Virus record (IMG/VR): IMGVR_UViG_3300028008_001363
Coordinates: 1 to 64,000 of that record
Strand: one strand, 5' to 3'
DNA length: 64,000 nt
From: a virus
How positions within the stretch are numbered: the first letter of the stretch is position 1; the number at the start of each line of letters is the position of its first letter. Of the stretch, positions 57,244 to 64,000 are shown piece by piece. Below the pieces are notes generated by a model. That model saw only the letters and a program-made list of their open reading frames with translations. It was not told the origin of the DNA and did no database searches. The translations under genes and the position numbers were made by a program.

Positions 57244-58629
57244 ATGATATTTGAAACTATAAAAAACCAATCACAATTACATCGGCATAAAACCGCAGTA
57301 ATTTGTGGTGACAAAAAATATACCTACACTGAACTTATTGAGAGTGTAGAAAAACTGGCTGCCGTTATGTCTACTGCATTTCTTCCAGGTGACAGATTAT
57401 TATTTGCTAGTGGTAAAGAATATCATTATATTAGAATGGTATTAGCATGTGACATTCTCGGTGTAACATTCATGCCTACATTTCCAAATCTGCCAAAAGA
57501 TGTAGTAGATGGAATAGTAGAAGCAAGTTCACCAGACCATATTATACTAACTGAGGCTGATGCTTTAGCCTTAGAACCACATAACAAAGCACTGATATAT
57601 TCTAAGAAAACCGACCATACATACACAGTATTATTCACAAGTGGTACAACCGGTAAACCTAAAGCAGTTGCACATACGAGTGCAGGATGTTTGATGGCAT
57701 GTTTCAATAGTATTAGTGTGTATCAAATGAGTTCAAATGATGTAATACTATCTCAATTACCACCATCAACCGTAGGAGGTTTGTATCTATACGCACTTCC
57801 AGGACTAATTAAAGGTTGTACAGTTGTAATCGAACAGTTCAATCCTAGACGATTTGTAAAGTTATGTGAAGAATATAAACCAACAATAGGCATAATTGTT
57901 CCAGCAATGATACTTGCTATGCAGAATTTAAAGACATGGAATGAATTAGATATGTCTCATTGGAGAGAACTAAGTGTTGGTAGTACAATTATACCAGAAG
58001 AAATGTTAGACATTCTATTCAGTAAAGGTGTCCCTGCCATCAGAGATTTATATGGGTGTACGGAAACTCAAGTTCCAGCATTCACATTCTTAATTGAACC
58101 AGATACTGAACACAAATTACAACTTGAATGCAATGACCAATATGAATACAAATTAGATAGACATGACCAGTTATGGTTAAAAAGTCCTCTACTAATGAGC
58201 AACTATCTGAATGCAGATGCAGAACTAGACAGTGATGGTTTTTGGTGTACAGGTGATGTATTTGAACGCAAGTATAATAAACTATTTTACAAGTCTCGCA
58301 GAAAAGATTTAATGAAAATCAACAGTCATAATGTATCACCAATTGGTATAGAAAATGCTATATTAGTATTAGACGGTGTTGATGAAGTATGTGTAATATC
58401 TAAAGAACGAGGTTTAGGTGAAAAATATATCGTAGCAATTATAAGTAGTCAGGACCCACAGATAAATAAATCGTTAGTGATGAATTCTATAGAAAGCAAA
58501 CTCATGCCATATGAACTTCCTAAAGATATAATCGTTACTAAAGAAACTCTGCCTAGAAATCAGATGGGCAAAATACAGAGACATGTTATACAAGGCATCT
58601 ACGGAGAAGTCAATGAAGACCAAAGTTAA
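57244..58629 (+). CDS. AMP-dependent (ANL family) acyl-CoA/acyl-ACP ligase
   Basis: FTSGTTGKPK, YGCTE, TGD, LPRNQMGKI. Confidence 0.92.
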   Translation: MIFETIKNQSQLHRHKTAVICGDKKYTYTELIESVEKLAAVMSTAFLPGDRLLFASGKEYHYIRMVLACDILGVTFMPTFPNLPKDVVDGIVEASSPDHIILTEADALALEPHNKALIYSKKTDHTYTVLFTSGTTGKPKAVAHTSAGCLMACFNSISVYQMSSNDVILSQLPPSTVGGLYLYALPGLIKGCTVVIEQFNPRRFVKLCEEYKPTIGIIVPAMILAMQNLKTWNELDMSHWRELSVGSTIIPEEMLDILFSKGVPAIRDLYGCTETQVPAFTFLIEPDTEHKLQLECNDQYEYKLDRHDQLWLKSPLLMSNYLNADAELDSDGFWCTGDVFERKYNKLFYKSRRKDLMKINSHNVSPIGIENAILVLDGVDEVCVISKERGLGEKYIVAIISSQDPQINKSLVMNSIESKLMPYELPKDIIVTKETLPRNQMGKIQRHVIQGIYGEVNEDQS

Positions 58630-60301
58630 AAAGATAGTTGTTGTCGGCGGTGGTGTAGGCGGTTGGCTATCTGCATCTTGGCTAAAAACAAAACATCCAG
58701 AACTAGACATAACCCTTATTGAAAGTGATAAAGTAGGAACTATTGGTATTGGTGAAAGTGTCTTACCTCGCCTAGGAACTATGTTAAGTGATATAGGGCT
58801 AGAAGAACGAGAGTGGATGTCTTATACACATTCAATATACAAACTTGGTAATAAATTTATTGGCTGGAATATTCCAGGTAAAAGAGACCATGTTACTAAT
58901 CACTGGTGGCCTTCTAAGTTTGATGAATCATATTATGGATTTTCTTATGCCTTACCAGAAGAACACTTAGCATCAAGTTATTATAATCAATTAAAGACTA
59001 CCGATTTGTTTTACAACTCTAAAGGTAAAGAAGGTGTTAATGATAAATGGAATGATTATTGGCTTCAATTAGCACGTGATGGTAGAAAAAACTTATGGGA
59101 GATTGCACAAGATACACAAGAGGCAACTTACTTGATGGACTACTGTAAGTCTCCTTATGACATGAATGACAATCTGATGTTAGGTTCATGGGAAAGTCTA
59201 ACATATCATATCGATGCAAATAGATTTCCGAAACTAATTAAAGATAGAGTTGCGATACCAAAGGGTGTTAAGCACATACATGGACACATATCTGAGATTA
59301 AAAAAGATGCCGACGGATACATATCATCTGTCGTAACAGACGCAGGCGAAGAATATAGTGGTGATTTATTTTTAGATTGCACAGGCTTTCATAGAGTTCT
59401 TACAAAAGAAATGGATGTCGAATGGAAACCTTATAATGAAATTACTACGGACAATTTAATCTTTGCACCAATAAAATACAATGACCCAGTAAAAGAAATG
59501 CGTCCATATACTATGAGCAATGCAATGGATGAAGGTTGGTTGTTTATCATTTCATTATATAATAGAATGGGTTCAGGTTATATATTTGATGCTAGTGAGA
59601 TATCTCCAGAAGATGCAATGAAGAAGTATAAAAAGTATTGGGAAGGTCACGAGTTTATAAGAGAACCTAGACATATAAAATGGGATGCTGGTAAATACGA
59701 TACGCAATGGAATAACAATGTAGTATCAATCGGAATGACTGGTGGAATGATTGAACCTATGGAAGCAAACGTGTTAGCACTAGCACAGGCTGGTATGAAA
59801 ATGGTTGAACGAATTATTTCACGTGCAGATGAAAATGATGAAGTGATTGGCAAAGCATCAATCAAGGCATATAATAGTAACCTGAATTGGCTGTTCGATA
59901 ACATAACAAAATTTGTAGACTATCACTATACTTTAAGTGACAGAACTGACACACCTTTCTGGGCTAAAAAACACCAAAGAGGCATTGATGAAAATCATAA
60001 AGAAGAAATATGGAAGCAGTATAGAAATCCTAGATGCACACCAGAATCAGGTGTACCAGATTATATGTGGGCACAAGTAGCCGTTTCTATGGACAAGTTT
60101 GATGATGATGTTGAACTTCATGTTCGTCCAGACTTATTAGAGAAAGCAAACGAATCATTTGAATGGTTAAGAAAATCTAGTAAACGAAATGGAATATATG
60201 CACCAAACGCCTATGAATGGAATAAGAAAATGTTATTCGGTGATAGAACTCATAGTGAAGTACTAGAAGAAAGTTTAAAACCACAAGATGAAGATAGTTA
60301 A
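58613..60301 (+). CDS. Flavin-dependent tryptophan-halogenase-family protein
   Basis: VVGGGVGG, IGIGES, YKLGNKF, YHIDA, DLFLDCTGF, EPMEA. Confidence 0.88.
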   Translation: MKTKVKKIVVVGGGVGGWLSASWLKTKHPELDITLIESDKVGTIGIGESVLPRLGTMLSDIGLEEREWMSYTHSIYKLGNKFIGWNIPGKRDHVTNHWWPSKFDESYYGFSYALPEEHLASSYYNQLKTTDLFYNSKGKEGVNDKWNDYWLQLARDGRKNLWEIAQDTQEATYLMDYCKSPYDMNDNLMLGSWESLTYHIDANRFPKLIKDRVAIPKGVKHIHGHISEIKKDADGYISSVVTDAGEEYSGDLFLDCTGFHRVLTKEMDVEWKPYNEITTDNLIFAPIKYNDPVKEMRPYTMSNAMDEGWLFIISLYNRMGSGYIFDASEISPEDAMKKYKKYWEGHEFIREPRHIKWDAGKYDTQWNNNVVSIGMTGGMIEPMEANVLALAQAGMKMVERIISRADENDEVIGKASIKAYNSNLNWLFDNITKFVDYHYTLSDRTDTPFWAKKHQRGIDENHKEEIWKQYRNPRCTPESGVPDYMWAQVAVSMDKFDDDVELHVRPDLLEKANESFEWLRKSSKRNGIYAPNAYEWNKKMLFGDRTHSEVLEESLKPQDEDS

Positions 60302-60899
60302 AACATTTATAGGTAAGAATAGTTTTGAATTTAATCTTGTAGAATATGACCCAAGTCTACAGAGTGATTTAGAAGATTTCTGTAAGCGATGTGACCGAGA
60401 AGGTTACACCAATAACGCAAGTTTTAAAGCATTGAAACTTGGCAAATGGGGTAACTTAGAAAAGTGGTGGCTTGTTTATCATAAAGATAAGATTATCAGC
60501 ATGAGTGGTGCCCATTATTTTCCACACTTACATTCTAACTGTTTTATTATATTAAGTAGAATGGCTACAATGAAGGCATATAATGGAATGGCATCGCCTT
60601 CTGTGTCGGCTAGAAAGATGCAACACAACTTTGCATTTGGAGTTTTTATGCCAGTTCAAATAGATTGGTGTTTAGAAATGGGTGCTACAGATATTATAGG
60701 AACTACCAACTCACCAAAAAACGACACAGATAGAAGTGGCACAATGTTTAAAGTCCACGAATATGCTGACAAGTTTTTTAAGATAGGTGACAAAGCAACT
60801 AGAATACATAAAGACTTTCCAAGTTACAATACACTACAAGATATTTGGAGATTTAATGTAAGAGACTTTGCGACAATGGAAAAGATAAAATACAAATGA
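60288..60899 (+). CDS. Putative GNAT-fold acyltransferase
   Basis: WWLVYHKDKIISMSG...ILSRMAT...YNG pattern. Confidence 0.4.
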   Translation: MKIVKTFIGKNSFEFNLVEYDPSLQSDLEDFCKRCDREGYTNNASFKALKLGKWGNLEKWWLVYHKDKIISMSGAHYFPHLHSNCFIILSRMATMKAYNGMASPSVSARKMQHNFAFGVFMPVQIDWCLEMGATDIIGTTNSPKNDTDRSGTMFKVHEYADKFFKIGDKATRIHKDFPSYNTLQDIWRFNVRDFATMEKIKYK

Positions 60900-62047
60900 C
60901 AGTATATATTAACGCAATTAGTGGTCTAACTCCTTTTGGTGACCTAGAAGACACATGGAAGGCAATAACAAATGATGAAGTTTGTTACGGTCCTCTTACT
61001 AAATTTTCACATGATAAGAGCATCAGGTCTAAGGTTTCAGGTGAGGTTAAGTTTAATGCTGAAAACCATCCTATCATAACTGAAAGAGAACAAGATAAAA
61101 TGCCATCGTATATGCAATGGGCATTATCATCAGCAGATAAATTATTACACAAACAAGATTTAGAAAAAGACAGAACTGGTGTTCTTGTATCAACTGCCCT
61201 TAGTATGTATAACGAACCTCTACGAGCAAGTGAAAATAAGAATGTCAACACTTATACATTCACCCCAAATCTTATATCAAACAATATCAATATTAAATAT
61301 GGTTTTACAGGACCAAGTACAATGTTGTCTAGTGCGTGTTCTACAGGACTGTACAGTATCATTATGGGTTGTATGATGATTGAAACAGGACAAGCCGATA
61401 ACATAATTGCTGGTGCATTTGATGATTCGATTTATAAGGATGCATATAAACAGTTCGGTAAACTAAGAGCATTGTCAACAAAGTACAATGAAACTCCTGA
61501 AATAGCAAGTCGTCCATGGGATAAAGATAGAGACGGACTAGTTCTCAGTGAGGGTGGTGCATTATTTTTATTATCAAAAACTAAGACAAAAGATACAATA
61601 GCAGAGATATCTGGATATGCAATGAATAACGATGCATTCCAGGCTGTTGCTCCGCATCCAGATGGGACTATGATAGAAAAATGTATGAAAGATGCACTGT
61701 TTTATCGCACACCAGACTTAATCAATGCACATGCAACATCTACCCCTAAGGGCGATTATATTGAGGTGGATGCAATCAATAGATTAGGACTAGAAGATGT
61801 ATGGGTAACAGCAAATAAGTCGCAAATTGGTCACTTAATGGGGGCTGCCGGTGCCATAGAGACTGCTTTAAGCGTACTTTCACTAGAAAATGACATTATT
61901 ACTCCATCTTTAAACATAAATGAACTAGAAGATGGTTATAATATAAAATATACACCAACTACCATATCACATAAAGTTAATTCAGTACTGTGTAATAGTT
62001 TTGGATTTGGTGGGACAAATGCATGTATTTTGTTATCAAAAACTTGA
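60896..62047 (+). CDS. fabF: Beta-ketoacyl-ACP synthase II (FabF-like)
   Basis: ACSTG, NAHATST, KSQIGHLMGAAG, NSFGFGGTN. Confidence 0.93.
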   Translation: MTVYINAISGLTPFGDLEDTWKAITNDEVCYGPLTKFSHDKSIRSKVSGEVKFNAENHPIITEREQDKMPSYMQWALSSADKLLHKQDLEKDRTGVLVSTALSMYNEPLRASENKNVNTYTFTPNLISNNINIKYGFTGPSTMLSSACSTGLYSIIMGCMMIETGQADNIIAGAFDDSIYKDAYKQFGKLRALSTKYNETPEIASRPWDKDRDGLVLSEGGALFLLSKTKTKDTIAEISGYAMNNDAFQAVAPHPDGTMIEKCMKDALFYRTPDLINAHATSTPKGDYIEVDAINRLGLEDVWVTANKSQIGHLMGAAGAIETALSVLSLENDIITPSLNINELEDGYNIKYTPTTISHKVNSVLCNSFGFGGTNACILLSKT

Positions 62048-62071
62048 CAAGATTGCAAAATGTGTTATACT
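62044..62071 (+). promoter_or_regulatory. Early promoter overlapping the fabF stop codon
   Basis: TTGACA-16-TATACT. Confidence 0.8.
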
Positions 62072-62102
62072 CTTTATATAAGTTAATAAAGAAGTAGATA
62101 TT

Positions 62103-62918
62103 ATGATAGACACATCGAACAAACATAGTTACACCCTTGAAAGAGAATCAAAAGTCGTTGTTTACTTTGGTAAATATGACTTCACCAATGGTGCTGAGAT
62201 TATACATAATATAAAATCATCGGACAGTCCGTATTCATTTTCTAAAGATGAACTTCTTACGGCAGCCGTAGTGGCAAATAAATTCAATTCGAAGTATGTT
62301 AAAGCCGGTGGGACTTTTGATATAGTTGAAGGTGAATTTGTGAAGACTGCTTTCAGTAATAAAGACATTCTTGCTTCAATTTTGGTGAGTTATCCACATT
62401 TAATACTTGACGAAGACCGACAAAAAGCATCAGACATAATGAGATACTTAGAAGGTGAGTTTTCTTTTAAGATACTTGCTGATACTTTAACTGAATTTGA
62501 AAGTAGTATTGCTACATTCTTAGGTGCAGACAGTGATTCATTAGCACAGATAATAGGTGTTGCGGCTTATCTTCCTACTTACTATGATAATGCAGTAAAA
62601 AATGATGAACTCCGTGAAAGAAGTTTTCATACTGGACATCTCGGTGAAGTTGGTGAGAAGATAATAACAGAGATTGAAATACTTAGGTCAAAATACTTGG
62701 CAGAGACCGCATTTGGTGGCTCAGGTTACATGGTGAGTGCTATTACTACTGACGACCATAGAGTTAGTTTCTTTACTACTAATGATGATTTAGCAAACAG
62801 TAAAAAGAATGTTAAGGTTTCATGTAAAGTGAAATCACTAGGTACTGCTTGGAAAGAAGACACGATTAACGAAACTAGAGTTAATTACGTTAGAATTTTA
62901 AATGTAGCAGATTTATAG
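62103..62918 (+). CDS. hypothetical protein (C-terminal OB-fold-like)
   Basis: GHLGEVGEK...ETRVNYVRI. Confidence 0.6.
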   Translation: MIDTSNKHSYTLERESKVVVYFGKYDFTNGAEIIHNIKSSDSPYSFSKDELLTAAVVANKFNSKYVKAGGTFDIVEGEFVKTAFSNKDILASILVSYPHLILDEDRQKASDIMRYLEGEFSFKILADTLTEFESSIATFLGADSDSLAQIIGVAAYLPTYYDNAVKNDELRERSFHTGHLGEVGEKIITEIEILRSKYLAETAFGGSGYMVSAITTDDHRVSFFTTNDDLANSKKNVKVSCKVKSLGTAWKEDTINETRVNYVRILNVADL

Positions 62919-62927
62919 AGCCAAAAC

Positions 62928-62955
62928 TTGACAAACCACAGAACCATGTTATATT
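62928..62955 (+). promoter_or_regulatory. Early promoter
   Basis: TTGACA-16-TATATT. Confidence 0.8.
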
Positions 62956-62989
62956 ATATACATAATCAGAAATAAGAGAGGTCACTTCA

Positions 62990-63151
62990 ATGTTAGAACA
63001 GTATGAAAATGAAATTAAAAAGTTAGAAATATTTCTTAAGACTTTTTCTGGTAACACTTCATCAGTAAAAATGAAGAAGTATGCTATTGAGAAAAAGATT
63101 GCAGTATATAAAGACATTGTTAATGAAATGAAATTAATACTTGCTATATAA
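62990..63151 (+). CDS. small hypothetical protein (53 aa, not in ORF track)
   Basis: GAGG SD; MLEQYENEIKKLE... Confidence 0.55.
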   Translation: MLEQYENEIKKLEIFLKTFSGNTSSVKMKKYAIEKKIAVYKDIVNEMKLILAI

Positions 63152-63163
63152 AGGATATAAATT

Positions 63164-63694
63164 ATGAGTGAAATAGATATAAAATCAGTATTCCATTTTG
63201 CCAATCTAGCACACAAGGGCCAGAAGCGAAAATACACTGGCGAGGACTATATAGTCCATCCAATGGCTGTCGCTAGATTAGTAGAGAAGCATGGTGGGTC
63301 GTTGGACCAGCAGGCAGCCGCTTTATTACACGATGTAGTAGAAGATACACCACATACTTTGGCTGATATCAATGCTTTATTTGGGCATGATATTGCTGAA
63401 CTAGTTCGGTGGTTAACTGATACATCTAAGCCAGAAGATGGCAATAGGGCTGTTCGAAAAGGCATAGATAGAGACCGATTAGCACAAGCACCAGCAGAAG
63501 CACAGTTCATCAAGTTGGCTGATATGATAGATAACTCTGTTACTATTCAGATATTTGATAAACCATTTGCTAAGTTGTTTATGGCTGAAATGAAACAGTT
63601 AGTAGACTCCATGCATAAAGTTGCTGGTAGTTCATTATGGATAGATGCTAATGATGTGGTAACTAGATATTACGAGCGTCCACAGTGGGACTAA
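63164..63694 (+). CDS. SpoT/Mesh1-like HD small alarmone hydrolase
   Basis: AHKGQKRK...YIVHP, ALLHDVVEDT, LTD, IKLAD..DN. Confidence 0.88.
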   Translation: MSEIDIKSVFHFANLAHKGQKRKYTGEDYIVHPMAVARLVEKHGGSLDQQAAALLHDVVEDTPHTLADINALFGHDIAELVRWLTDTSKPEDGNRAVRKGIDRDRLAQAPAEAQFIKLADMIDNSVTIQIFDKPFAKLFMAEMKQLVDSMHKVAGSSLWIDANDVVTRYYERPQWD

Positions 63695-63708
63695 GTATGC
63701 ATCAAAAC

Positions 63709-63747
63709 TTGACAAATACTCGTTTTGGTGTATACTATAAGTATAGT
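63709..63747 (+). promoter_or_regulatory. Early promoter with overlapping palindrome
   Basis: TTGACA-16-TATACT; ACTATA-AG-TATAGT at 63734-63747. Confidence 0.8.
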
Positions 63748-63768
63748 TAAAGATAAGAGGAATAAGAT

Positions 63769-64000
63769 ATGGGTCAACCACAAAAACAAGTAGCCACAGA
63801 AAGCGAATTAGATAGTGCATTAGATGATGTTCTAGCCGCTAATGGTATTGAAGTAGATGATACTCTACCAGAACCTGTAGTATTTGATTATACTGACGAA
63901 AAAGTCAAAGAAATGATTGTGAGTAGTCGTGTTCGCCTTCTTATTCGTCACCCATTTTTCGGTACACTTGCTACTCGATTGAAATTAGTCGAGGCAGAAT
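63769..64000 (+). CDS. Putative DUF2201-type metallopeptidase/VWA protein, 3' truncated
   Basis: SD GAGG; RVRLLIRHPFFGTLATRL. Confidence 0.65.
   Translation, partial: MGQPQKQVATESELDSALDDVLAANGIEVDDTLPEPVVFDYTDEKVKEMIVSSRVRLLIRHPFFGTLATRLKLVEAE

Noticed and set aside
1-64000. Bacterial chromosome or eukaryotic giant virus origin
   Set aside because: T4-like replication genes and late promoters, spanins, SD sequences and dense single-strand small ORFs indicate a large bacteriophage

Overview
An AT-rich, densely coding window, almost entirely on the + strand, from a large T4-like (jumbo) tailed dsDNA phage. The host is probably a Gram-negative proteobacterium, possibly marine; this is inferred from the spanins, porin, SbmA/BacA and MetK. 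Replication genes: clamp loader, sliding clamp, family B polymerase, RNase H/FEN, ATP-dependent ligase, DsbA-like protein and a truncated DnaE. RNA genes: six tRNAs, including an unusual tRNA-Ser(ACT), plus several structured ncRNA candidates. Host-like auxiliary genes: IF-1, GroES, DnaJ, ClpA, PhoH, MazG, HscB-like, ErpA, ACP, APRT, MetK, PMM and a SpoT-type HD hydrolase. Structural and lysis genes: a repeat-rich fibre, spanins and a holin. Two promoter classes are visible: sigma70-like AAAACTTGACAA-(mostly 16 bp)-TATAAT-like and T4-late-like (G/T)ATAAATA. Three things stand out. (1) A late-expressed cluster (35-43 kb) of proteins with T4 capsid-targeting-like N-termini appears to consist of polyproteins of unrelated modules separated by hydrophobic-x-Glu head-protease sites, i.e. 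packaged and injected effector cargo. (2) A four-gene biosynthetic operon (adenylating ligase, flavin halogenase-like, GNAT-like, FabF) sits between a MoxR ATPase and its DUF2201-type partner. (3) An envelope module comprises a porin, an ExbB/ExbD-like motor, a periplasmic peptidase-like protein and SbmA. All assignments come from motifs recognised by eye; no searches were run.
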